A stretch of 64,000 nucleotides of DNA from an uncultured Chloroflexia bacterium (GCA_963696045.1 CAVOIR010000009.1:15427-79426), one strand, 5' to 3'; counted from the first letter of the stretch, positions 25,971 to 36,973 are shown. Made by a program: numbers and translations. The notes: a model not told the origin generated them from the sequence alone.

Positions 25971-27160
25971 ATGGCGAAGCGCTGGCCAGCTGCCGCCGTC
26001 CTGGTCGGGGCCGCTCGTCGGGTGCCTGTCCCTGGGCACGCTCGGGCAATCGCCGCGCGCCGACAAGCCCTGCCCGCGACCGCGCCTGCCGCTCGAGGGC
26101 ACGCCATGGCGGCTGCGCTCCTACCTGGAGGACGAGCAGCGGCAGGCCCCGCCCGAGGTGGCTGTCTGGATGACGCTGCGAGCGGGCGAGCTGACCGGGC
26201 ACACGGGCTGCGGGCCACTGCGAGGCCGATACGGGACGATGGGCGAGGTCATCCGCTTCGAGCTGGTCGACGTCCCTGCTGAGGGCCAGGACTGTGGTGC
26301 GCGGGCCGACGCGGCTGGACAAGGCGGCACGGGAAGGCCTGCGCCGCGCAGCCTCGTTCGAGATCATCCCGCCGAACGGACCGTTCACCGATTCCCTGGT
26401 CCTCCGCGACGGAGGCGGCGCCGAGATCCTGCGGTTCGAGGTGGACGACATCGGCGGCCTGGAGACCGAGGAATGGCAGCTTGAGTCCTACACCGTCGAC
26501 GGGCAGACGGAGGCGGCGGCGGCAAGCCTGCCCGCGGTGCTCGCGTTCCGGTCCGACGGAGGTTCGGGACCTGCAACGCCGTTCGGAGGGCGAGGTCACC
26601 GGCTCGAGCGGCTGCAACGGCATCGTGGGCACGTACAGCCGCGAGGCCGACGTCCTCACGTTGGCGGACCTCGAGCTCACCGAGGCAGCCTGCCCTGCGG
26701 ACCTCGCTGCCCAGGAGGCCGCCATGGCGGCGGTGCTCCGCGCTCCGTCCGTGACCCTCGCGCTGGCGCCCGATCGGCTGACGCTCATGGCCACCGGTAC
26801 GGACGATGCGCTCGAGCTCGTGACGACGACGCCCCTCGAGGGCTCCACCTGGCTGCTGGGGAGCATCCCCGGCAAGCCGCGGCCGAAGACGCCCGTGACG
26901 CTGCGCCTGGAGGGCGGCGTCGTGAGCGGCGAGGGTCCCTGCGGCGCCTACACCGGGACCTATCGGACCGACGGCCTCTTCGTCTCGATCCGGGAGCTCC
27001 GCGGCATCGGCTGAGGCAGATTGCCCGCGAAGGGAGCGGCAGCGCGAGTTCTTCAGCGCGCTCGAGCGAGCCACGCTGCTGGAGCGCGACCAGCCGGTCC
27101 TCGGCATGCTCGATGCGCAGGGCCAGGTGGTGGCCCGCTTCAAGCGCCCGGGCGCACCGT
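25971..27160 (+). CDS. Lipoprotein with three META (HslJ-like) domains (frame changes)
   Basis: MAKRWPAAAVLVGAA..LVGCLS (lipobox-like, hand-read). Repeat 1: LEGTPWRLRSYLEDEQ...LTGHTGCGPLRGRYG (ORF 25750..26484). Repeat 2: EEWQLESYTVDGQ...VTGSSGCNGIVGTYSREADVLTLADLELTEAAC. Repeat 3: LEGSTWLLGSIPGKP...GEGPCGAYTGTYRTDG (ORF 26481..27014). Tail hand-read to TAG at 27158-27160. Confidence 0.7.
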
Positions 27161-27882
27161 AGCCGCGCTCAGCAGGGCGTCGGTCGCGGCGATGGGGTCC
27201 TCGTCGCCTCTGTGGCGAGGTACCGTCGGACCATCATCGTGCCACTCATCGGTCGTCACCGGCCCGGTCCGGGCCATCGTCGCCAGAAAGCCGGCGCGGT
27301 CGAGCTGACGCTGCTCGAGGTCGGCCTGGGAGCGGTCCACGCGGTCGGCCAGCTCCGGCATGATCGCCCCAGGCGTAGTGCTCGAATCCATCGGTCGCTT
27401 CGTCCCAGGTCGGCCAGGACCGCGGGCGGGCGCCGCTGCAGGTGTCCCTGGCCGTCGCGCTCGGTCGGCCGCAGGTAGTGAGCCGCCCTCGACGCGGGTG
27501 CCTCGGACGGTCTCATCGACGACCAGGACCAGACCGAGCCGACGGATGGCATCGTCGGGCAGCGATGCCGGCACGGCACGCAGTCGATCGAAGACTCCCT
27601 GGAGGTCCGGCCCCGCCAGCACGAGGCCGACACAGAGACCACCGCGCAGGAGAGCCGACAGGCGCGCGAGCGTCGGTGCCTCGTCATCCGCGTCGAGGAG
27701 CACGAACGGGCGCCCGGGATCGACCGACAGCAGGGCGCCGGCGACGGCCGACCGCTCCGCCAGCGACGCCGGCCCCGTGACGACGAGCGGCACCTCGCCC
27801 TCGACGAGCAGCCAGACAAGCGCTGCCAGCTCCGGGTCAACGGCACGTTCGACGACCAGCCCGGCGAGGTTCGTGTGCTGCA
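27140..27882 (-). CDS. Hypothetical protein with a secretion-ATPase-like (VirB11/CpaF-type) layout but no intact Walker A (frame changes; start uncertain)
   Basis: ORFs 27140..28264 and 27256..27846: ...DPELAALVWLLVEGEVPLVVTGPASLAERSAVAGALLSVDPGRPFVLLDADDEAPTLARLSALLRGGLCVGLVLAGPDLQGVFDRLRAVPASLPDDAIRRLGLVLVVDETVRGTRVE...MPELADRVDRSQADLEQRQLDRAGFLATMARTG. GPASLAER sits where GxxGSGKT would be. The similarity is judged by eye only. Confidence 0.35.
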
Positions 27883-27997
27883 CGAGCCCAGTATGGGTCA
27901 GGCGTGCGAGCCGAGCCGCATGTCGACACGATGGCGCAGCGTTGGCAGAGGCCGCCGGCCGACGGGATCCTGTCCACGACGATCCGGAGCACGTCGC

Positions 27998-28027
27998 TTG
28001 ACGAACGTGACAGGGCGCGCATAGACT
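27998..28027 (+). promoter_or_regulatory. Sigma-70-type promoter candidate (TTGACG-18 nt-TAGACT)
   Basis: cgcTTGACGaacgtgacagggcgcgcaTAGACTgcg. Good -35 and -10 hexamers in otherwise GC-rich DNA, about 50 nt upstream of a small ORF that has its own SD. Confidence 0.55.
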
Positions 28028-28077
28028 GCGCGGCGGCCGACGCTCGCCCGGCCTTGCACACAGGAGAACCCTGCCAG

Positions 28078-28173
28078 ATGACCAGCATCCGCCTGACCAG
28101 CACCGTGGCCGCCCGGCCGCGGACGGGCGCGCCCTTCGGCGCCCCGGATGCGGGAGATCTGTGCCCTTCGTAG
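28078..28173 (+). CDS. 31-codon leader ORF upstream of the ABC-2 exporter
   Basis: SD AGGAGA (28062-28067), ATG 28078: MTSIRLTSTVAARPRTGAPFGAPDAGDLCPS*. This is the tail of track ORF 27904..28173. It lies between a promoter-like element and an intrinsic terminator. Confidence 0.4.
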   Translation: MTSIRLTSTVAARPRTGAPFGAPDAGDLCPS

Positions 28174-28208
28174 ACCCTCCAGGCGCTGACGCGCCAGCAG
28201 GTCGAGTG

Positions 28209-28240
28209 CCGGAGGGCCAGATGGGGCCCCCGGCTTTTTT
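28209..28240 (+). terminator. Intrinsic terminator / attenuator hairpin with T6 tract
   Basis: CCGG-A-GGGCC agatgg GGCCCCCGG (9 bp with one bulged A, 6-nt loop), followed by C-TTTTTT (28235-28240). It ends about 95 nt upstream of the ABC ATPase ATG. The upstream ACCCTCC (28174-28180) can pair with GGAGGG of the 5' arm, giving an alternative structure. Confidence 0.6.
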
Positions 28241-28336
28241 GATGCCCTCACGCTCCCGAGGCATCGACGCAGCCGAGACTCCCGCGCCTCCACGAGGCAG
28301 CCCGTCCCGACGACATCGAAAGCCCAGGAGCAGACC

Positions 28337-29288
28337 ATGGCCATCACCACAGAAGAGCTCCCGACGGCGGATCGCGACCTGACCCGCGCCTGCCCGACGT
28401 GCGACGCATCGAGCGCGCCGGGCGCGCCGCCTTCCCGACGGCCCGCCGGCCCTGCTCGTCGAGCACGTCTCGCAAGCGGTTCACGCTCGGCCGCAAGAAG
28501 AAGGTCGTGACCGCCGTCGACGACGTCTCGCTGCGCATCGAGCGCGGCGAGGTCTACGGCGTCCTCGGCGCCAACGGGGGCGGCAAGTCGACGCTCATCC
28601 GGCTCGTCAGCACGCTGCTGACGCTGGACTGCGGGCCGCATCGAGGTCTTCGGCCACGACGTCGTCCGCGACGAGATGGCCGTCAAGCGGCTCATCAACC
28701 GGGTCTCGGTGGACGCCGCCTTCTTCAAGAAGCTGTCGCCCTACGAGAACCTCGTCTACGCCGCCCGCCTCTACGGCCTGCCGGCCGGCGAGGCGCGCCG
28801 GGAGGCCGAGCGCATCCTGGCCCGCCTCGGCATCGCCAGGAACGCGGCTCGGCGAGCCGCTCGAGCAGATGAGCCGCGGCATGCAGCAGAAGGTCGCCAT
28901 CGCCAGGGCCATCCTGACGAGCCCGACCCTGCTGCTCCTCGACGAGCCCACGACCGGCCTCGACCCGCGCAGCAAGCTCGACGTCCAGACCTTCATCGAG
29001 GAGCTCCGCGAGCAGCACGACGCGACGATCGTGCTGACCACGCACGACCTGGCCGAGGCCGAGCGGCTCTGCGACCGGCTCGCGATCCTCGATCGCGGCC
29101 GCCTCGTCGTGGAGGGCACGCCCGACGAGCTCAAGGCACGCGTCCAGCGCGAGCACGGCCTGCCGCCCACGCTGGACAGCGTCTTCATGACCTGGACCGG
29201 ACGCTCCCTCGACGACGACGTCGAGAGAGGACGACGCGCCGATGACTCGACGCCCGCACGACACACCACGAGAAAGGAGGTGGGTTGA
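28337..29288 (+). CDS. ABC transporter ATP-binding protein (ABC-2/DrrA-like exporter ATPase; frame changes)
   Basis: SD AGGAGC, ATG 28337. ORF 28399..28872: FTLGRKKKVVTAVDDVSLRIERGEVYGVLGANGGGKSTLIRLVSTLL (Walker A). ORF 28676..29245: VKRLINRVSVDAAFFKKLSPYENLVYAARLYGL. ORF 28869..29288: MSRGMQQKVAIARAILTSPTLLLLDEPTTGLDPRSKLDVQTFIEELREQHDATIVLTTHDLAEAERLCDRLAILDRGRLVVEGTP. Confidence 0.85.
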
Positions 29289-29292
29289 CGTG

Positions 29293-29497
29293 ATGCACCC
29301 CGAGATCGCTCGGCACCTGCACGAGCAGCGCCTGCGCGACCAGCGACGCCGCTGGCCGGTCGTCGACCGGATGGCGGCGGCCGAGCGGCGCGCCCGCGCC
29401 GCGGCCGCTCGGTGCGCCGCGCGGTCGGTCGGCACGCTCGTCCGCATCGGCACTGGCCATCGAGGCCGAGCCGCGTCAGCCGGTCGCCTCCCGATGA
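29293..29497 (+). CDS. Possible small Arg-rich protein between the ABC ATPase and permease genes (needs one frame change)
   Basis: ATG 29293 (within ORF 29242..29901): MHPEIARHLHEQRLRDQRRRWPVVDRMAAAERRARAAAARCAARSVGTLVRIG... An alternative frame ends ...LAIEAEPRQPVASR* at 29497. It resembles small actinobacterial ORFs of the type E-x-A-R-x-x-x-x-E-R-x-x-D-x-x-R, from memory only. Confidence 0.25.
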
Positions 29498-29509
29498 CGG
29501 AGGCGACCG
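29481..29509 (+). other. Perfect 11-bp inverted repeat (stem-loop) in the ATPase-permease spacer
   Basis: CGGTCGCCTCC-cgatgac-GGAGGCGACCG, about 30 nt before the permease SD (GAAGGAG) and ATG 29540. Confidence 0.7.
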
Positions 29510-29539
29510 GCTCCCTCCCGACCGAAGGAGCCCCCACCC

Positions 29540-30342
29540 ATGGCCTTCCTGACGCGCGAGCTCACCGCGAGCTTCGCCTTCATCGAACGCAACTTCTTCC
29601 TGACCCGGCGCTACTGGGGCTGGGAGATCGCCTGGCTCGTCTACGCCACGACGAGCGCGCTCTCGATCGCCTTCATCGGCGTCGAGCAGGGCGACCAGGC
29701 CCTGGTGCTGACGCTGATGATCGGCGCCGTCTTCTGGAACTTCCTGTCGATCGTCTTCGGCTTCATCGCCGAGACGGTCGCCTGGGAGCGCTGGGAGGGC
29801 ACGCTCGAGTACACCTTCATGGCGCCCATCCGGCGCTGGACCCAGCTGCTGGGCTCGACGCTCTACGCGGTCATCTACGGGCTCGTGCACACGGCTCGTG
29901 ATGCTCGTCGTCCTGACCCTCTTCTTCGGCCTCGACCTCGGCGCACGCGGACCCGCTGACGGCCATCGTCTTCCTGGCCATCGGCTCGCTCTCGTTCATC
30001 GGCATCGGCATGATGGCCGCCATCCTGCCGCTCATGTACGTGGAGCGGGGCGCGCAGATGACGTTCGTGCTGCAGTCGGCGCTGCTCCTCGTGAGCGGCG
30101 TGTACTACAGCATCGAGGTGCTGCCCGAGTGGATGCAGGTGCTGGCGCGGCTCTCGCCGGCGACCTACGTCCTGGAGGGCATGCGCGCCGGCCTCATCGA
30201 GGGACGCCCGTGACGGACCTGCTCGCACCTGCTCTGGCCGCTGCTGATCATGGCCGTCGTCTTCATCCCGCTGGGCCTCTGGACCTTCGGCCGCGCCGAG
30301 CGCTACGCCAAGCGCACCGGCCGCCTCAAGAGGGTCGGCTGA
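29540..30342 (+). CDS. ABC-2 type transporter permease (frame changes)
   Basis: ORF 29540..29959: MAFLTRELTASFAFIERNFFLTRRYWGWEIAWLVYATTSALSIAFIGVEQGDQALVLTLMIGAVFWNFLSIVFGFIAETVAWERWEGTLEYTFMAPIRRWTQLLGS. ORF 30010..30213: MMAAILPLMYVERGAQMTFVLQSALLLVSGVYYSIEVLPEWMQVLARLSPATYVLEGMRAGLIEG. Tail hand-read: ...LWTFGRAERYAKRTGRLKRVG*. Confidence 0.8.
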
Positions 30343-31455
30343 TGGACGCCATCGAACGCCCGCGTCGCTCCTGGCCGAGCTCGGCTGGTCGGACGAGCGG
30401 GCGGCCGCCTTCGCGCCGCACGCCGCTGGCGGGCTCGTGCCCGGCCGCGTCGTGAGCAGCGGCGGGCGACGATGCGCCGTGACCGCGTGACGGCCTCGCG
30501 GAGGTCATCCTCCAGCGACGCTTCCGCCGTGAGGCGGCGGACGACGACCGACCTGCCCGCGGTGGGCGACTGGCTGGCCCTCGAGCCGGTCAGCGCGGTC
30601 CCGCCGCAAGGCCGCGCTGCGGGCGGTCCTGCCCCGGGCGGGCACGTTCATCCGCAACCGCGTCACCGACGGCACGGGCCAGGTCCTGGCCGCCAACGTG
30701 GACCTCGCCTTCCTCGTCTCGGGCCTCGACCACGACCTCAACCTGCGCCGCCTCGAGCGCTACCTCGCTGCTCGCCTACGACGGCGGGGTGACGCCCGTC
30801 GTCGTCCTCAACAAGGTCGACATCGCGCTCGACCTCGAGGCGGCCGTGACCGAGGTCCACGGCATGGCCGCCGGCACCCGCGTCGTCGTCACGCAGCGCC
30901 CTCACCGGCGACGGCCTCGACGAGCTCCGGAGCGATGCTCCCGGCGGGCCTCACCGGCTGCCTGCTGGGCTCGTCGGGGGTGGGCAAGTCCATCGATCAC
31001 CAACGCGCTCCTCGGCGAGGAGCGCCAGGCCGTCCGAGCGCTGCGCGAGGACGACAGCAAGGGCCGCCACACGACCACCCGCCGGGAGCTCTTCCGCGTG
31101 CCCGGCGGCGGTCTGCTCATCGACACGCCGGGCCTGCGCACGGTCGGCGTGCTCGCCGACGAGGCGGCCTGGCCGCCGTCGTTCGCGGACGTGGAGTCGC
31201 TTGGCGCGGCGCTGCCGCTTCACCGACTGCCGGCACGAGGGCGAGCCAGGCTGCGCCGTCCAGGCGGCCATCGATGACGGCGGCTCTCGAAGCCGCGCGC
31301 CTGGCCAGCCATCACAAGCTGGAGGCCGAGCGAGCGCTGGCTCGAGCGACGCACCGACGCGCGCGCCCGCCACGCCGCAGAGCGGCGCTTCGGACGCCTC
31401 GTACGCGACGCCTCGCAAGACGGCCGCGCGGCACAAGCGGGGTCGAGACGCATGA
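30342..31455 (+). CDS. rsgA: Ribosome small-subunit-dependent GTPase A (RsgA/EngC; many frame changes)
   Basis: TGATG overlap with the permease stop. Fragments: ...LAELGWSDERAAAFAPHAAGGLVPGRVV; PAVGDWLALEP; ORF 30789..31277: TPVVVLNKVDIALDLEAAVTEVHGMAAGTRVVV...[54 protein letters not shown]; ORF 31201..31455: CRFTDCRHEGEPGCAVQAAIDDG (zinc-finger motif). Confidence 0.8.
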
Positions 31456-31466
31456 AGGGACACGAC

Positions 31467-32499
31467 ATGCCGACCGAGACCATCGATGGCTGAGCCGTCC
31501 CGGCGCGCCGGCCATCCAGCGGCTGCGCTTCCGCACCTACGCCGGCCCGGAGGACATCGCCGGCCATGGCTCGAGCTCGCACCGGACGGTCAACCGCGCC
31601 GACGGCAACCCGGAGGTGTGGAGCGCGGAGGAGCATCGCCTCGAGTACGGGAGTCGGACGAACATCGACCCGCGCGAGGACGATCGTCCTGGCACTTCGT
31701 CGACGAGCGGCTCGTGGCCCTCTCCCGCATCGAGTGGATGGACAGCAACGATGGGCGAGCGTTTCTACGTCCACAACGGGCACGTCCATCCCGACTGGCG
31801 ACGACGGGGCCTCGGCCGGGCCATGTTCGGGCGCAACGACGCAGCGGCTGGCCGAGAGCTGGCCGCCGGCCACGAGCACCCCGGCCGCGGGTGCTCGTCA
31901 CGCATGGCGGAGCAGGGCGACGTGGGCGCGCATCGCGCTCGCCGCGCGCGGAGGGCTACGACCGCGTCCGCATCTACCACCACATGGTCCGGCCGGACAT
32001 GAAGGACATCCTCCTGCCCCCGATGCGCCGACGGCCTCGAGGTGCGGCCGCTCCGGACGACCAGCTGCACCGCGCTCTGGGACGCCATGACCGAGGCCTT
32101 CCGCGACCACTTCGGTGGCGACGACACGCTCGCCCGCCGCCTACCGCCGCTGGTCGCAGGACCCCCACCTCGACCTCTCGCTGACCATGGCCGCCTTCGA
32201 CGGCGACGAGATCGCCGGCGGCGCGTCATGGGCTACATCTACCCTGAGGAGAACGAGAGCACAGGGCTACCTGCGCGGCTGGACCGACCCCGTCTTCGTG
32301 CGGCGGCCCTGGCGCCGGCGAGGCCTGGCCTCGGCGCTCATCGGGCGGACGCTGGTCGCGCTGCGCGATCGGGGCATGACCTCGGCGCAGCTGGGCGTCG
32401 ACTCGGAGAATGCCAACGAGGCCCTGACGCTGTACCAGCGCCACGGCTTCGAGGTCGTCCGCTCGACGATCCGAGTGGCACAAGCCGCTGGCGACGTAG
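31467..32499 (+). CDS. Two-domain GNAT N-acetyltransferase (MshD-like architecture; many frame changes)
   Basis: ATG 31467. Fragments: LRFRTYAGPEDIA; NRADGNPEVWSAEEHRLEYGSRTNIDPRED; FVDERLVALSRIEWMDSNDG; FYVHNGHVHPDWRRRGLGRAMF (acetyl-CoA motif A-like); second domain in ORF 32115..32654: ...LTMAAFDGDEIAGGAS...GWTDPVFVRRPWRRRGLASALIGRTLVALRDRGMTSAQLGVDSENANEALTLYQRHGFEVV. Probable end ...WHKPLAT* (TAG at 32497). Confidence 0.55.
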
Positions 32500-32546
32500 C
32501 CGAGCGCAGCGACCGGTCGGACGTGCCGCAGGCTCGCCGAGCTGAG

Positions 32547-33201
32547 TCAGCCGGCCATCACCAGGGCAGGCGCCGGCGCTCGCGCCACGAGCGAGAGCCA
32601 GGGCTTCTCGCGGCCGATGCGTCGTCTGCGGTCCGTGGCCGGGCAGCACGGTGAGCCGTCATCGAGCGTCGCCAGGCGAGCGAGCGACTCGATCATCTGC
32701 TCCTGGCTGGCCCCGGGCAGGTCGACGCGTCCCCAGCCGCCGGCGAAGAGCGTGTCGCCGGTGAAGAGGAGGCGGTCCTCCTGCGGCAGAGCAGGCAGAC
32801 GGAGCCCTCGGTGTGACCGGGGGTGTGGAGGACCTCGAGGTCGATCTCGCCGAAGCGGATGTGCGAGCCCTCGGCGAGGTCCAGGGCGGGCAGGCTGGGC
32901 GGGATGGGGAAGGGCGCCGACATGCGCTTCGGGTCGCTCGAGGCCGTGGCGATCGGCGCGGTGGACGGCCAGCGTGGCGCCGGTGGCGATGACGACCTCG
33001 GCGTTGTCGCCGATGTGGTCCCAGTGGCGGTGGGTGCTGATGACGAAGCGCAGCGCCCAGCCCTCGTCCGCGAGCTGCTGCGTCAGCCAGCGCACCGATG
33101 GGCGTGGCGGTGTCGATGGCGATGGCCTCCCGCGTGCGGTCGTCGGCCAGGACCCAGACGTTGGTGGCGACCGGCCCGGTGGTCAGCTGCAGCACCTTCA
33201 T
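32547..33201 (-). CDS. MBL-fold metallo-hydrolase (hydroxyacylglutathione hydrolase-like; frame changes)
   Basis: ORF 32659..33213 from ATG 33201: [35 protein letters not shown] 32547..33095: [33 protein letters not shown] (HxHxDH)...[36 protein letters not shown] 32693..32923: [19 protein letters not shown]. Confidence 0.75.
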
Positions 33202-33306
33202 GGCGCGGAGCATAGCGGCGCCGTCGGGCCCCGTCGACGCATCCGTCGGGCTCGGGGTGGCTACGATTGGCGCGAGTCAGGGCCCTGCGACCGGAGGAGG
33301 TGGCCG

Positions 33307-34079
33307 ATGGCCGAGCGACTCGGGCTTCCGCTTCACCTGGTACGGCCACTCCTGCGTCGAGGTCGAGAGCGAGGCGGGCACCCGCATCCTCTTCGACCCC
33401 TGGTTCGGCAACCCACGCTCACCGGTGCCCGCCGACGAGCGTCGACCGCTGCGACGTCCTGCCTCGTGACCCACGGCCACCACGACCACCTCGGCTGCGG
33501 CGCCCGGCGAGCATCGCGGCAGGCCGACTGCGCTCGCCATCGCGCGCCGGACGCCGACCGGCCTGGCCGGCCATCCACGAGCTCAGCCTGTGGCTCGAAT
33601 CGCTCGACGCTCGGGGCCGAGGTCATCGGCATGAACAAGGGCGGCACGGTCGAGGTGCGCGGCCTCCGCGTGACGCATGGTCCACGCCGACCATTCGGCG
33701 GGCGACTGTCGAGCGCCCGCGCCGGCGATGCCCATGCACCTCGGCGAGCCGGTCGGCTTCGTCGTGCGAGCTCGAGAACGGCCGCCGCATCTACCACGCC
33801 GGCGACACGGCCGTCTTCGGCGACCTGCGCCTCATCGGCGAGCTGCACCAGCCCGACGTCGCCTTCCTGCCCATCGGCGGCCACTTCACGATGGGTCCGG
33901 CCGGTGCTGCGCGCGCGGTCGAGCTCCTCGGCGTCACGACGGTGGTGCCCATCCACTACGGCACGCTTCCCGATCCTGGCCGGCACGCCGGACCAGCTGC
34001 GCGAGGAGCTCGAGCACCTCGAGGCTCGGGCGACGTGCCGCGTGCCATCGCGCCCGAGCCCGGCGAGACGGTCCGCTGA
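33307..34079 (+). CDS. UPF0173-type metal-dependent hydrolase (beta-lactamase fold; frame changes)
   Basis: ORF 33098..33469: [38 protein letters not shown] 32617..34110: [11 protein letters not shown]...[23 protein letters not shown] 33267..34079: [68 protein letters not shown]. Confidence 0.75.
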
Positions 34080-34159
34080 AGTCGACTGGCGGCCCTTACA
34101 TCGCCGCTGACGTCGCCGCGCCGCGGCGCGCTCACGGGCGGCGATCTATCCTGCCGTCC

Positions 34160-34853
<694 letters not shown>

Positions 34854-34856
34854 GGC

Positions 34857-36448
34857 GTGAGGACGCCATGGGCACCGTCCGCGCGCGCATCGGCGCTGGC
34901 CCTCCTGGTCGTTCGCCGTCGTCACGCTCGCTGACGGTCGGCGGCGCGCTCTGGGTCGCCCTGCGGGACCTGCACCGCGACGCCGCACTCGGCTCGCTCG
35001 CCGAGCTCACGGTGCCCTACGCGAGCCAGGCCCGCCAGCGCTTCCCGCTCGAGCTGCTGCGACCGCTCTCGGACGACGAGCCATCCGCGCACCGAGGCCT
35101 GCGCGCCGTTCCGGGAGAGCCGCCAGGGCGCAGCGCGCCACCGAGGCCTTCGACGACGTTCGTGCAGGACAGGCCCAGGAGGAGATCGATGCCGCCGGGC
35201 ATCTCGGTCCTGCTCGTCTCGGACGACCGCACCATCGTCCGCGATCCCGACACCGGCGCCATCGGGACGGTCGATCCAGCGCCCGGCGTCTGCGAGCCGC
35301 GCCGACGCGCGGCGAGCGTGCAGACGGGCACGGCCGAGATCGAGGGCCTCGGCGAGGTCCTCTACGCGGCCACGCTCGATCCGCGAGCCGCTCCTCGACC
35401 GCGCCGTGCCCACGCTCGTCCTCGCGCGCGCGGACGACTCGGCGCGCTCGCCACGGCCGACCTCGTCCGGGCCCTCGCGGTGGCCGCGCTCGTCCTCCTC
35501 GCTCGTCGGCATCCCGCTGGCCGTCGGCCTGAGCCGCTCGGTGGCCGCGCCGCTGCGCCGCCTGGCCGCCGCCTCGGGCACGGTCGCCGCGTGGCGTGTG
35601 CCCGACGCCGCTGCCGACCAGCGGGCCGACGGAGGTGGCCGAGGCGAGCGCAGCCTTCAACGCCATGGCCGCCGAGGTCGACGCCACGCGCGCAGGCGCA
35701 GCGCCAGCTGCTGGCCGACGTGCGCCACGACCTGCGCACGCCGCTCACCGTCATCGGCGGCTTCGCCGAGGCGCTCCGCGACGGCACGGCCAGTGGCGCG
35801 GCGGCCGAGCGGGCCGCCGACGCCATCGCCGACGAGGCCGGCCGCCTGGAGCGCATGCTGAGCGACCTCGACCATCTGACCGTGCCGGGGCCGAAGGCCC
35901 GCTCCTGCGCCTCGGAGCCGCTCGATGCGCGCTGGACGTGGCGGCGTCAGCCGTGGAGCGCTTCACGGGCGAGGCCGAGGCGCGCGGCCAGTCGCTCGCC
36001 CTCGCCGGCGGACGGTCTCGAGCGCCGGATCCGGCCTCCTGATCGCGGACCGCGACGCGCTCGACCGCATCCTCGGCAACATCGTCGCCAACGCCCTCGC
36101 CCACGCACCGTCGCCCGGCGGCCACATCGGCGTCGAGGTCAGCGCCCGTCCGGCCGGACGAGCCGGCCATCGGCGGCCCCGGAGGCTGGGCGGGTCGCGC
36201 CGGCGTGCTGCTCGCCGTCCGCGACGACGGCCCCGGCATCCCCGCCGCAGCGCTGCCGCACGTCTTCGACCGCTTCTATCGCGCCGACCCGTCGCGCGCG
36301 ACCCGCGGCTCCGGCCTCGGCCTGGCCATCGTCCGCGACCTCGCCGATGCGCACGGCGGCCGGGTCTTCGCCGAGAACTCCCGTCGACGGAGGCGCACGC
36401 GTCGGTGTGGTCTGCCGGTCGACGGACGGCCGCCGCGGCCGCCCCTGA
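34857..36448 (+). CDS. Sensor histidine kinase (HAMP-HisKA-HATPase; many frame changes)
   Basis: ORF 34673..36448: [29 protein letters not shown] (H-box). ORF 35596..36042: [19 protein letters not shown] (HAMP end). ORF 35925..36602: [25 protein letters not shown] (N-box). ORF 36205..36897: [57 protein letters not shown] (G1/G2 boxes). Lies immediately after the response regulator. Confidence 0.85.
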
Positions 36449-36598
36449 TCGAGCGGCGCCGCGCGGGCACCGATCCGGCAGGCCGAGGGTCGCGCGCGTG
36501 CGGGCGCGTCGCTATACTCGTGCACAGGCCGGTCGCGCCGCGCTCACGACCCTCGCGGCTGGCCCATCCCTCCTCCTTCATCCGGGAGCGCTGCACGC

Positions 36599-36897
36599 GT
36601 GAGCTCGAACATCGGCCAGAGCTACCCCTACAGCAGCGAGACGGAGGCGCGAGCGCGCGGCGGCCGTGGCCGCAGGCCCTGGAGGCGTTCAGCGGTCTGG
36701 CAGACCGCGTCGCGGCCGAGTCCTCGCCGCTCGGTGATGTCGAGCCCGCCGACCATGGCGCGACCCGCCACGATGGTGGACGTGGGTCTGCCCCAAGGGT
36801 GACGCCAGCGGGGCGGCTGCACGTCGCGGGCTACGCGCGCGAGCGCCACGCGCTGTACACGGTCTGCGACACCTGCGGAGCGACGTTCCTGCGCTGA
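36599..36897 (+). CDS. Possible small protein with C-terminal CxxC (frame uncertain)
   Basis: GTG 36599: VSSNIGQSYPYSSETEARAR... (ORF 36599..36802). A second frame (tail of ORF 36205..36897) reads ...EAFSGLADRVAAESSPLGDVEPADHGA...RLHVAGYARERHALYTVCDTCGATFLR*. No family recognised. Could be non-coding. Confidence 0.25.
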
Positions 36898-36973
36898 AGG
36901 CCGCCGGCCGCGGCGTTCCCGAGGGCGGGTCAGGCCGTGCCGTGCGAGGCACGCTGACGGTAGAGTCGTGGGG

